From Thermoanaerobaculia bacterium (lineage in GTDB: Bacteria; Acidobacteriota; Thermoanaerobaculia; Multivoradales; JAGPDF01), in NCBI GenBank assembly GCA_963788175.1, contig CAWBFZ010000010.1, forward strand, positions 6,313 through 70,312: a stretch of DNA of 64,000 nt. The letters run 5' to 3'. The notes under the pieces were generated by a model that worked only from the letters and a program-made list of their open reading frames with translations, had not been told where the DNA came from and searched no databases. Numbering within the stretch: the first letter of the stretch is position 1; every line of letters starts with the position of its first letter. The position numbers were made by a program, and so were the translations under genes. This document shows positions 1 to 9,265 of the stretch, piece by piece.

Positions 1-65
1 TGCCGCTACAGATGGCGCTTCGCTCCGGGAGCGAACGGCTCGGCGCCGGGGTGGCAGGCCACCCG

Positions 66-761
66 TCAGGGCGCCACGGGGTTGAGCTGCACCATGACCG
101 AGAACGGCAGGCGGTTGCGCAGCAGGTCGATCGCCACGCGCCGTCCGGCGAGCGAGCTCACGAGGTCCGGCACGGCGGCGACATCGTCGAGCGCCTGACC
201 GTCGATCGCCACCAGCACGTCGCCGACGGCGATGCCTGCGACGGCGGCGGGCGAGTCGCGGAGCACGCTCTCGACCACGATGCCCTGCTCTCGCTGGAGA
301 TCCGCCTGCTCGCCCGCGGTCAGTGGCCGTGCGACGATGCCCAGGATCGCCGGCCGCTTCGGGTCCCAAGGCACGGCGGCGGCGGACGGCAGCTCGGCAC
401 CGTAATCGACCGCCACGATCGCCGGGTTCCCTGGGTCGAAGCGCACCGGCACGGTGTTGCCGGGCTGGAACTGGGGAATGGCGATCCGCGAAACCGTGGT
501 CTTCTCGATCGTCGCCGTGAACGCCGGGCGGTCGCTCGGCAGCACCAGCACCTTCATGCCGATCACCGGGTTGTCGTTGACGGTCCAGCCGGTGTCCCAG
601 ATCTCCTGGATCGTGGCTCTCGCCACAACGCCGTTCTCCTGCAGCTCCTTGGACACACCGCCGCCGAAGTGGGTGATCATGCTCGAGCAGCCGGCGAACG
701 CCAGGCCGGTCAGCACGACGGACGAGCGGAATGCGGCGGACAGCGATCGAATGCGCTTCAT
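66..761 (-). CDS. PDZ-domain lipoprotein (signal peptide with lipobox LAFAG|C; C-terminal PDZ)
   Basis: The N-terminus MKRIRSLSAAFRSSVVLTGLAFAGC is a typical lipoprotein signal. The C-terminal segment GIVVESVLRDSPAAVAGIAVGDVLVAIDGQAL is a canonical PDZ GLGF-type segment. The ORF is complete in the 6-frame track. Confidence 0.65.
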   Translation of the reverse strand: MKRIRSLSAAFRSSVVLTGLAFAGCSSMITHFGGGVSKELQENGVVARATIQEIWDTGWTVNDNPVIGMKVLVLPSDRPAFTATIEKTTVSRIAIPQFQPGNTVPVRFDPGNPAIVAVDYGAELPSAAAVPWDPKRPAILGIVARPLTAGEQADLQREQGIVVESVLRDSPAAVAGIAVGDVLVAIDGQALDDVAAVPDLVSSLAGRRVAIDLLRNRLPFSVMVQLNPVAP

Positions 762-886
762 GAGTCACCTCTCCTCGGGCAGAGCTCGCTTCCAGCAGCA
801 GTTTGCAAATCCTGCGCCGCCCCGCAAGGAGAGGCGTCCGGCAGAACCGGACGGGGCCAAGAGGTCGCGACCCGGTCCGCGGCCTG

Positions 887-892
887 TATAGT
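887..892 (+). promoter_or_regulatory. candidate -10 box TATAGT about 40 nt upstream of the first kinase start
   Basis: TATAGT is the only AT-rich hexamer in the 170-nt GC-rich leader upstream of ATG 932. No convincing -35 element was seen. Confidence 0.2.
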
Positions 893-931
893 CGGCCGTT
901 CCGTGACCCTGACGCCCGCGCCCGGCCCCCG

Positions 932-3640
932 ATGATCGGCCAACGCCTCGGCCCCTACGAGATCACCGCCAAGCTGGGCGAGGGCGGCATGGGTGAGGTC
1001 TATCGCGCCACCGACTCGCGCCTGAAGCGCGAGGTGGCGATCAAGGTTCTCCCCGCCGCCTTCACCGAGGACAGGGAGCGACTCTCGCGCTTCGAACGCG
1101 AAGCGCAGCTCCTCGCCCAGCTGCATCACCCCAACATTGCCTCGATCTTCGGCCTCGAGGAGAGCGGCGGCGTCAAGGCGCTCATCATGGAGCTCGTCGA
1201 CGGCCCAACCTTGGCCGAACGCCTCGAATCGGGGCCTCTTTCCTTTACTGAGAGCTTTTCCTTCGCGCTGCAGATCGCGCAGGCGCTCGAAGAGGCCCAC
1301 GAAAAGGGCATCGTCCACCGTGACCTCAAGCCCCAGAATGTAAAAGCTTCCAGTGAAGGAAAAGCCAAAGTCCTCGATTTCGGGTTGGCCAAGGCGATGG
1401 ACGCAACGCCTGGAGCCGCATCCGCGGCCGATCTCGCGCGCTCGCCGACGATCATGAACTCCCCCACCCTGACTGCGGCGCACGGGACGCAGTTGGGCGT
1501 GATCCTCGGCACCGCCGCCTACATGGCGCCGGAGCAGGCGCGCGGCGGCACGGTCGACAAGCGCGCCGACATCTGGGCCTTCGGCGTGGTCCTGTACGAA
1601 ATGCTCACCGGCCGCTCGCTGTTCGCCGGCCCGACGGTCTCCGACACCCTCGCCGGCGTCCTCAAGACGGCGATCGACTTCGCGGAGCTGCCCGCCGACA
1701 CGCCGCCGGCGATCCGCCGGCTCTTGCGCCGCTGCCTCGAGCGCAATCCGAAGAACCGCCTGCACGACATCGCTGATGCCCGCATCGTGCTGCAGGAGTC
1801 GATCGCGGGCACGGGCGAGCCGGAGGCAGCGCAAGAACGGACGGTCGGCGTGGGCTGGCGATCTCCGGCGCGTCTGGCGGCAGGAGCGGCGACCTTGCTT
1901 GCGGTGGGTGTCGCCGGCGGCTGGATATTCGGATCGCGCTCCGCCGAGTCGGGTGGCGGGGCGGTCGGTGCCTCCCGGGATCCCGTCCGATTCTCGATCC
2001 GGCCTCCCGCAGGCGTGGTCGAGGTGATGAACCCGCAGGTCTCCTCGGCTGGCGACCTCGTTCTCTATCAGGGCTGGAGGCGGGACGACTCGGGGCGGCT
2101 CTACAGCCATCGTCTCGCCGACGGGGTGTCAAGGGCGGTCGACGGGACAGAAGGGGGAGTCGATCCCTTTCTCTCGCCGGATGGCCGCTGGGTCGGCTAT
2201 CGCAAGGACAACGGACTCTTCAAGAGCCCGCTCGCCGGCGGCGATCGGCTGACGATCTGTCCGGACTGCCGTGTTGCTTCGGGCTCGGCGTGGCTCGACG
2301 ACGGTACCATCCTGTACAACAACGCCTGGCTCGGCGGCCTTTCGATCGTCTCCGCCGACGGCGGATCGCCGCGGGTCGTGACGCAGCCGGATGCAGCCGC
2401 CGGTGAGCGCGGTCATTGGTTCCCCAACCGACTTCCCGGCGGCCGGTTCGCGCTCTTCACCATCTTTCCCTCGCAGAGCGGCATCAACGACGCCTGGATC
2501 GCCGTGCTCGATCTCGGAACCGGCGCCTACAGGCGGCTCGTGCACGGCGCGGATGCGCACTTCCTGGCGCCGCGTCACCTGATCTTCTATCGCGGCGGTG
2601 CCTACCACGCGGTGGAGTTCGATCTCAGCTCGGGGACCGTCGTCGGAGAGCCAGCCAAGGTGGTCGATGACGCCACCGAGCACGACCCCTCTGGAGACAA
2701 CCGGCGGCCGCTCTTCGCCGGCGGAGGACTGCTCGTCTACCGGCCCGGCGCCCTCCACGATCTTTCCGAGCTCGCCTGGCTGAGGCGCGGCCGAGCACCG
2801 GAGCCGCTCCGCATCCCCGCGCGCCCCTGGGTCCAGCTCGCGCTGTCGCCTGACGGCAAAGAGCTTCTCGGCTCGGTTCTCGAAGGGGGAGCGTTCGCAC
2901 TGCGCCGCGTCGCCCTCGACAGCGGCAGCGAGGAGCGGCTGTCGCTTCAGGGCATGAACTGGAAGCCTCGTTGGCGCCCGGACGGCGCCGGCATCGTCTT
3001 CCGCACGATGCGCAAAGGCGACTACGATACCTACTGGCTGGACCTGGTGGCAGGCGGAGCAGCCCAACCAGTCCTCGAGAGCCCGTCCGACGAGACGCCG
3101 ATCGCCTGGACTCCGGACGGCAAGAATCTGCTCGCCGAAATCTCGCAGGCGGATGGTTCGTACCCGCTCTTGCTGCATCCGCTCGACGGCGGGAAAGATC
3201 GGATCGTGGTCGACCAGCCGTTCGATCCGGACGAAGCTGCCGTCTCACCCGACGGCAATTGGCTGGCCTTCGCTTCCAGCCATTCGGGGACGAAGGAGAC
3301 CTATGCGCAACCTCTCGACGGCAAAGGAGCTGCGCAGCGGGTTTCGCGGCGCGGCGGCGCCTCGCCGTCGTGGTCTACCGACGGGCGCTGGATCTACTAC
3401 GTCGCGGGAAAGAAAATTCTACGGGTCGCCGTGCGCGCGACCGGGCCTCGCCTCGACGTCGGTGAAGAGGAGACGATTGCCGAGGGAAACTTCGTCGCGA
3501 TTTCCCCGGCGTTCGCCGGTACGGAACAGGAGCGCTTCCTGGTGGCGCTGGGCCCTCCGGTCGAGCCCCCCGTTGAGTTGCGCGTGATCATGGGCTTTCA
3601 GCGCGAGATCGAAGTCAAGATGGCGCAGGAACACCGGTAG
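932..3640 (+). CDS. Receptor-type Ser/Thr protein kinase: N-terminal Hanks kinase, one TM helix, C-terminal TolB/PD40-like beta-propeller (paralog 1)
   Basis: Starts MIGQRLGPYEITAKLGEGGMGEVYRATD with the Gly-rich loop, VAIK, HRDLKPQN, DFG and APE motifs. The TM segment is LAAGAATLLAVGVAGGWIF. Repeated SPDG(R/K)W(I/L) PD40 motifs follow. The ATG at 932 is in frame inside the longer ORF 803..3640. Confidence 0.9.
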   Translation: MIGQRLGPYEITAKLGEGGMGEVYRATDSRLKREVAIKVLPAAFTEDRERLSRFEREAQLLAQLHHPNIASIFGLEESGGVKALIMELVDGPTLAERLESGPLSFTESFSFALQIAQALEEAHEKGIVHRDLKPQNVKASSEGKAKVLDFGLAKAMDATPGAASAADLARSPTIMNSPTLTAAHGTQLGVILGTAAYMAPEQARGGTVDKRADIWAFGVVLYEMLTGRSLFAGPTVSDTLAGVLKTAIDFAELPADTPPAIRRLLRRCLERNPKNRLHDIADARIVLQESIAGTGEPEAAQERTVGVGWRSPARLAAGAATLLAVGVAGGWIFGSRSAESGGGAVGASRDPVRFSIRPPAGVVEVMNPQVSSAGDLVLYQGWRRDDSGRLYSHRLADGVSRAVDGTEGGVDPFLSPDGRWVGYRKDNGLFKSPLAGGDRLTICPDCRVASGSAWLDDGTILYNNAWLGGLSIVSADGGSPRVVTQPDAAAGERGHWFPNRLPGGRFALFTIFPSQSGINDAWIAVLDLGTGAYRRLVHGADAHFLAPRHLIFYRGGAYHAVEFDLSSGTVVGEPAKVVDDATEHDPSGDNRRPLFAGGGLLVYRPGALHDLSELAWLRRGRAPEPLRIPARPWVQLALSPDGKELLGSVLEGGAFALRRVALDSGSEERLSLQGMNWKPRWRPDGAGIVFRTMRKGDYDTYWLDLVAGGAAQPVLESPSDETPIAWTPDGKNLLAEISQADGSYPLLLHPLDGGKDRIVVDQPFDPDEAAVSPDGNWLAFASSHSGTKETYAQPLDGKGAAQRVSRRGGASPSWSTDGRWIYYVAGKKILRVAVRATGPRLDVGEEETIAEGNFVAISPAFAGTEQERFLVALGPPVEPPVELRVIMGFQREIEVKMAQEHR

Positions 3641-3660
3641 ATGCGGCCAGGGGAACGGCC

Positions 3661-6417
3661 TTGATCGGCAGCCGCCTCGGCCCCTACGAGATCACCGCCA
3701 AGCTGGGCGAGGGCGGGATGGGCGAGGTCTACCAGGCGACCGACACCAAGCTCGAGCGCCAGGTAGCGATCAAAGTGCTGCCGGCGGCGTTCACCGAGGA
3801 CAAAGAGCGCCTGGCGAGATTCGAGCGCGAGGCGAAGCTCCTCGCCCAGTTGAATCACCCCAACATCGCGCAGATCTACGGCCTCGAGACCGGCGGCGCT
3901 ACCTACGCCCTCGTCATGGAGCTCGTCCCCGGCCCGACGCTCGCCGAGCGCCTTGAGCTGGGACCTCTTTCCCTTACCGAGAGCTTCTCTCTCGCGCTGC
4001 AGATCGCCCAGGCGCTCGAAGAGGCGCACGAGAAGGGGATCGTCCATCGCGACCTCAAGCCCCAGAATGTAAAGGCCCCCAGGGAAGGAAAGGCCAAGGT
4101 GCTCGACTTCGGCTTGGCGAAGGCGAGGGATTCCGCCGGCGCCGCCGCCGCCGCGGCCGACCTCGCACGCTCGCCGACGCTGATGCACTCGCCGACGCTG
4201 ACCGCGGTCCGCGGCACGGAACTCGGGGTGATCCTCGGCACCGCGGCCTACATGGCGCCAGAGCAGGCGAAGGGCAGGGCGGTCGACAAGCGGGCCGACA
4301 TCTGGGCGTTCGGCGTCGTGCTCTTCGAGATGTTGACCGGGCGCCAGCTCTTCGGCGGCGAGACCGCCTCGGAGACGATCGCCGAAGTTCTCAAGCAGGA
4401 GATCGACTTCACGGCGCTCCCGGCCGCGCTCCCAGCCGGTGTCGAACGGCTGCTGCGGCGCTGCCTCGAGCGCGATCCGCAGCGCCGCCTGCGCGACATC
4501 GGCGAGGCGCGCATCATTCTCGAGCAGGCGCTCTCTCCCGGAGAGAGCGCGGGCGCGACGGCGCCACCGGCTCGACCTGAAGCCGTTGCAGCCGGGCGGC
4601 GCGCGCTGCCGTGGGCCGTGGCCGCTGTGCTCGCCGCCGCGGTCGTCGTTCTGGCGATCGCCGGCAGGTCCCCGAAGAAGGCTCCCCCGCCGGCGACGAC
4701 CGTCCTCGCGATGCGCTTCCCTGCCGGCCTCGCGCTTCCGCTCGACGATCGCGGCCTCTATGGCCAGACCGGCCGGATCGCGATTTCGCGCGACGGCCGG
4801 CGCGTGGCCTTCGTCGCCGGGGCCGGCGGCGAGGCAAAGCTCTACCTGCGAAATCTCGAGAACGCGATGGTCGTACCGATCGCCGGCACCACCGGCGCGA
4901 GCAGCCCGTTTTTCTCGCCGGACGGACGCTGGATCGGCTACTTCGCGCCCGGCAAGCTGCGCAAGGTCGCGGTCGACGGCGGCAAGCCGATCGACCTCGC
5001 CGATGCCAGCCTCGACCGCGGCGGAGTCTGGTGCCCCGACGGCTCGATCGTCTTCCCGCCCAACGTGACCTCCGGTCTCTTCCGGCTCCTGCCCGGCGGC
5101 GGGCCACCGGTGGCGCTGACGACACTCGACGCTGCCCAGGGAGAACGCACGCATCGCTGGCCGGCAGTTCTACCGGGCGGCAGGGAGGTAGCCTTCACCA
5201 TCGGGCGCATCGGCCAGCCCGGAGACTACGAATCGGCGACGATCGACGCCGTCGACCTCGTATCGGGAAAGCGCCGACCGCTCTTCCGCGGCGCCAGCAT
5301 GGTGCGCTTCACCGCCTCCGGCCACGCTCTCCTGGCGCGGGAGGGTCAGGTGCTCGCTCTGCCGCTCGCCGGAGCTTCCGGCGCGAGCACCGAGGACGCC
5401 GTGCAGGTGCTCTCCGGGGTCAGCGGAATCCCGGCGAGCGGCGTGCTCTATTTCGACGTCGCCGAAAACGGCACCCTGGTTTACGCCGAGAGCGATCCGG
5501 GAGCCAGCCAGCTCGAGCTCGCATGGCTCGATCGCTCCGGCACTCTAGAGAGCCTCGGCCTGCCGCCGCGCGAGTACCAGGGACCGAGGATTTCGCCCGA
5601 CGGCAAGCGGATCGCCGTCACCATCGGCCCGAGCGGCGGGCGCTCCGGCGACGTCTGGATTCACGACCTGACGAGCCGCGCGCTCACCAAGCTCTCCTTC
5701 GAAGGCCGCAGCTGGACGCCGGTCTGGGGCCGCGACGGGAGCGACGTCACCTACGCCACGATCACGCCGACCGGAGAGGACCAGTTCCGCTCGCGTCCGG
5801 CCACCGGCGGCGACGAGCCGAAGACGGTCCTCGCCTTCGGGCAGGGCCTGGCGCGCCAGCCGGTCGCGTGGATGCCGGACGGTTCGCTCCTCGCCTGGGA
5901 AGACGCCGGTACCCCCACTGTCGGCAACGTCGTCTACTTCCCGCCCGGGGCACGCGAGCCGCTGTCGATCGCCAGAACGCCGGCGATCGAGACCCAGGCT
6001 TCCGCCTCCCCCGACGGCCGCTTCGTCGCCTACGCTCTCGACGCCAGCGGCGCCTCGGAAATCTACGTCCAACCGTTCCCGCCCACCGGCGCCAAGTGGC
6101 AGGTGGCGACCGGCGCTGCCATGCCGCTCTGGTCCCGCGACGGCAGGCAGCTCTATTTTCTCGCGGGCAGGAGCCTCATGGCGGCGCCGGTCACGACGAT
6201 CGGCGGCTTCAGCATCGGCGCGCCGCGCAAGCTCCTCGACATGCCGCCCGCGCTCGTTCTGCTGACCGACACGACGACCAACTTCGACGTCGCCGGCGAC
6301 GGCCGCTTCCTGGTGGTGCGCCAGACCTCGCAGGAGAACATGACCGGCCACCTCGTCGTCGCCCTCGACTGGTTCACGGCGCTGCGCAAGCTCGCACCGC
6401 TTCCGGAGGCGCGATGA
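3661..6417 (+). CDS. Ser/Thr kinase-TM-beta-propeller paralog 2 (TTG start)
   Basis: Starts (TTG)IGSRLGPYEITAKLGEGGMGEVYQATD and carries the full set of kinase motifs. The TM segment is LPWAVAAVLAAAVVVLAIAG, followed by PD40 repeats. The start lies 20 nt after paralog 1, preceded by AGGGGAA. Confidence 0.85.
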   Translation: MIGSRLGPYEITAKLGEGGMGEVYQATDTKLERQVAIKVLPAAFTEDKERLARFEREAKLLAQLNHPNIAQIYGLETGGATYALVMELVPGPTLAERLELGPLSLTESFSLALQIAQALEEAHEKGIVHRDLKPQNVKAPREGKAKVLDFGLAKARDSAGAAAAAADLARSPTLMHSPTLTAVRGTELGVILGTAAYMAPEQAKGRAVDKRADIWAFGVVLFEMLTGRQLFGGETASETIAEVLKQEIDFTALPAALPAGVERLLRRCLERDPQRRLRDIGEARIILEQALSPGESAGATAPPARPEAVAAGRRALPWAVAAVLAAAVVVLAIAGRSPKKAPPPATTVLAMRFPAGLALPLDDRGLYGQTGRIAISRDGRRVAFVAGAGGEAKLYLRNLENAMVVPIAGTTGASSPFFSPDGRWIGYFAPGKLRKVAVDGGKPIDLADASLDRGGVWCPDGSIVFPPNVTSGLFRLLPGGGPPVALTTLDAAQGERTHRWPAVLPGGREVAFTIGRIGQPGDYESATIDAVDLVSGKRRPLFRGASMVRFTASGHALLAREGQVLALPLAGASGASTEDAVQVLSGVSGIPASGVLYFDVAENGTLVYAESDPGASQLELAWLDRSGTLESLGLPPREYQGPRISPDGKRIAVTIGPSGGRSGDVWIHDLTSRALTKLSFEGRSWTPVWGRDGSDVTYATITPTGEDQFRSRPATGGDEPKTVLAFGQGLARQPVAWMPDGSLLAWEDAGTPTVGNVVYFPPGAREPLSIARTPAIETQASASPDGRFVAYALDASGASEIYVQPFPPTGAKWQVATGAAMPLWSRDGRQLYFLAGRSLMAAPVTTIGGFSIGAPRKLLDMPPALVLLTDTTTNFDVAGDGRFLVVRQTSQENMTGHLVVALDWFTALRKLAPLPEAR

Positions 6418-6504
6418 GACCGTCCCCTGCGCTCCCCGGATTCCCAGGACCTTCCTCGTTTCCCGCCACGAAGCGCACACCATGAGTCTCGAGCCCGGCA
6501 CCCG

Positions 6505-9264
6505 ATGATCGGCCAACGCCTCGGCCCCTACGAGGTCACCGCCAAGCTCGGCGAGGGCGGCATGGGAGAGGTGTATCGGGCTACCGACACCAAGCTCGAG
6601 CGCCAGGTTGCAATCAAGGTGCTGCCGGCGGCGTTCACCGAAGACAAGGAGCGCCTCGCGAGATTCGAGCGCGAAGCCAGACTCCTCGCCCAGCTCCACC
6701 ATCCCAACATCGCCTCGATCTTCGGCCTCGAGGAGAGCGGCGGAGTCAAGGCGCTCGTCATGGAGCTCGTCGACGGCCCAACCTTGGCCGAACGCCTCGA
6801 ATCGGGGCCTCTTTCCCTTACTGAAAGCCTCTCTTTCGCGCTGCAGATCGCGCAGGCGCTCGAAGAGGCCCACGAAAAGGGCATCGTCCACCGCGACCTC
6901 AAGCCCCAGAATGTAAAAGCTTCCAGTGAAGGAAAAGCCACGGTCCTCGATTTCGGGCTGGCCAAGGCGATGGATGCGACCCCCGGTTCCGCTTCCGCGG
7001 CGGATCTCGCGCGCTCGCCGACGTTGATGAACTCGCCCACCCTGACGGCGGTCCACGGAACCCAGCTCGGCATGATCCTCGGGACTGCGGCCTACATGGC
7101 GCCCGAGCAGGCGCGCGGCGCCGCGGTCGACAAGCGCGCCGACATCTGGGCCTTCGGCGTCATGCTCTACGAGATGCTCACCCGCGAGCGGCTCTTCGAG
7201 GGCGACAGCGTCGTCGACACGATTTCGGCGGTGATGCGCAAGCAGATCGATCTCACGGGTCTGCCGGCTGCGGCGTCGCCGCGCGTGCGCGAGTTGGTGC
7301 GGCGCTGTCTCGAGCGCGATCCGAAGCGACGCCTGCGCGATATCGGGGAAGCGCGGCTGCTGATCGAGCGCGAGCTCGCGGGCGAGCCAGGAGTCGGAGA
7401 GGGAGGAAGCGGAAGTAACGCCGACAGCGGCACGGGTGCGGCTCCTTCAGCTGCGAACACCACCCGTCAGCTTGCCCTCGCTGGCGTCATCGTCGGAGCC
7501 GTCTCGATCGGGCTCGTGGTCGGAAAATTCATCCTGTCGCCTCCGCCGGCCGCCCAGAACGCGCGATCGATCCGCGCCACGATTGCTCTCCCGGCCGGGC
7601 TCGAGCTCGACGGTGTCGGAGCACCGGAGATCGCCCTCTCACCGGACGGCTCGACGCTCGCCTTTCTGGCCCGGGGTGAAAGTGGGCCTCAGCATCTGTA
7701 TCTACGGCGGCTCGACGGCGACGAGGTGAAGCGGGTGCCGGGCAGCGAGACCGCCGAGGGCCCGTTCTTTTCCCCCGACGGCAAGTGGGTCGCCTTCGCC
7801 GTCGGCGTCTCGGGCCTGGGTGGAGGCATTCCGCGTGAGCTGCGCAAGCAGTCGCTCGAAACCGGGCTGACGCAGACGATCGCCACGATCGAGGACTACT
7901 TCGGCGGCGTCTGGCGGAACGATGGGACGATTCTCCTCGTCGAGGCTACCGACGGAACCCTCTCGTCCGTGCCGGCGAGCGGCGGCAAGCCTTCTCCTGC
8001 GGTCGAGAGCGTCCTCGACCGCGGCGAGCGGCGCGCGGTGGCGATCTTCTGGCCCGAGCTGTTGCCGGGTGGCCGGGCCATCGCCTTCGCCACGGACGAA
8101 AGGCCGGCCGGCGAACTGGCCGTACTCGATCTCGAGTCGAACGTCCTCAGCCGGCTCGGCGTGCATGGGATGTCGCCGCGCTACCTGCCGACCGGCCATC
8201 TCGCCTTTGGCGGTGAAAGCGGAACTCTCGAGGTCGTGCCGTTCGACGCCGCAGGGAGGCGGGTCCTCGGCGCGCCGGTGGCGATGCTCGGCGACGTCGC
8301 CCGGGCGCGCAATCGCTCGGCGACCTACGCCGTCTCCGCCAACGGCACGCTCGTCTACGCGACCGGCTATCTGCGCAACAGTCGCAGCGAACCGATGCGC
8401 GTGGTGCGAGCTTCGCGCGGCGGCGCCTTCGAGACGCTGGCGATCGAGCCCGATCTCTACGGCCGCGCTCTCGCAGTCGCGCCGGACGGCGGGCGAGTGG
8501 CCCTGGCGCGCGAAGATCGCGGCAGCTGGGTGGTCGACCTCGAGCGCGGGACGCGGACCAAAGTCGCCGGCGTGGAGTTGAGCGGCGCGATGAATGTCGC
8601 GTGGTCTCCCACCGGCGACCGGTTGGCCTGGGTTGCTGCGGCTCCCGAGGGGAACGCGGTCGCCCTCTTCGTTCAGCCGAGCGACGGGCGAGGGACGCCG
8701 CAGGTACTTGCGGTGCGCGACGACGACCTCACCGTCGCCGGCTGGATGCCGGACGGCCGCGAGCTGGTCTTCACGCGCTGGGGATCCTCCGCGACGATCG
8801 AGCGCATCGCTCTCGACGGCGAGAGCACCGTCGCCTGGAAGGACCCCGGCGCGCTCAGCGCCAGCGCCCTCTCGCCCGACGGACGATTCGTCGCACTCGA
8901 GTCGGACGCGGGCGAAGGCTACGAGCTCTACCTCTTTACCTTCGCCACAGGAGAGCGGACCCAGGTCACCGGCGCTGGCGGACGCGATCCGTTCTGGGCG
9001 AAAGATGGGCGGGAGCTCTTCTTTCGCCGGGGCGCCGGGATCTATTCCGTCGCGGTCTCGTCCGCCGCGGACGGTTCGCCCCGGATTGGCCGGGAGACGC
9101 GGCTGTTCGAATGGCCCGCCGCCTACCGGGTCGTCGCTGGTCGCGACGGCGTCTTCTTCGGGATCGAACCGGTCCCCGGCGCCGCGACGCAGCGCAGCCT
9201 CGAGCTGCGCACGGAGTGGTTCGCCGATGTGAAGCGGCTCGCCGGAGCGGGAAACAAGAATTGA
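6505..9264 (+). CDS. Ser/Thr kinase-TM-beta-propeller paralog 3
   Basis: Starts MIGQRLGPYEVTAKLGEGGMGEVYRATD. Kinase motifs are intact, the TM segment is LALAGVIVGAVSIGLVVG, and PD40 repeats follow. Confidence 0.9.
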   Translation: MIGQRLGPYEVTAKLGEGGMGEVYRATDTKLERQVAIKVLPAAFTEDKERLARFEREARLLAQLHHPNIASIFGLEESGGVKALVMELVDGPTLAERLESGPLSLTESLSFALQIAQALEEAHEKGIVHRDLKPQNVKASSEGKATVLDFGLAKAMDATPGSASAADLARSPTLMNSPTLTAVHGTQLGMILGTAAYMAPEQARGAAVDKRADIWAFGVMLYEMLTRERLFEGDSVVDTISAVMRKQIDLTGLPAAASPRVRELVRRCLERDPKRRLRDIGEARLLIERELAGEPGVGEGGSGSNADSGTGAAPSAANTTRQLALAGVIVGAVSIGLVVGKFILSPPPAAQNARSIRATIALPAGLELDGVGAPEIALSPDGSTLAFLARGESGPQHLYLRRLDGDEVKRVPGSETAEGPFFSPDGKWVAFAVGVSGLGGGIPRELRKQSLETGLTQTIATIEDYFGGVWRNDGTILLVEATDGTLSSVPASGGKPSPAVESVLDRGERRAVAIFWPELLPGGRAIAFATDERPAGELAVLDLESNVLSRLGVHGMSPRYLPTGHLAFGGESGTLEVVPFDAAGRRVLGAPVAMLGDVARARNRSATYAVSANGTLVYATGYLRNSRSEPMRVVRASRGGAFETLAIEPDLYGRALAVAPDGGRVALAREDRGSWVVDLERGTRTKVAGVELSGAMNVAWSPTGDRLAWVAAAPEGNAVALFVQPSDGRGTPQVLAVRDDDLTVAGWMPDGRELVFTRWGSSATIERIALDGESTVAWKDPGALSASALSPDGRFVALESDAGEGYELYLFTFATGERTQVTGAGGRDPFWAKDGRELFFRRGAGIYSVAVSSAADGSPRIGRETRLFEWPAAYRVVAGRDGVFFGIEPVPGAATQRSLELRTEWFADVKRLAGAGNKN

Positions 9265-9265
9265 G

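Noticed and set aside
12-935. 307-aa ORF on the + strand overlapping the PDZ lipoprotein gene
   Set aside because: It is antisense to a well-supported lipoprotein/PDZ gene, has an Arg/Gly/Asp-rich composition typical of spurious ORFs in 70% GC DNA, and has no recognisable motifs.
758-2110. 450-aa minus-strand ORF antisense to the first kinase gene (similar long antisense ORFs occur at 3598..5154, 5545..7056, 7702..9273, 9278..10480 and elsewhere)
   Set aside because: Long stop-free antisense frames are expected in high-GC coding DNA. The sense strand encodes clear kinase and propeller motifs, whereas the antisense products are low-complexity R/G/A/D-rich.
4611-6485. 624-aa Arg-rich alternative-frame ORF inside kinase 2
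   Set aside because: It is an off-frame translation of GC-rich coding sequence (poly-R/G/P). The kinase frame is the real one.
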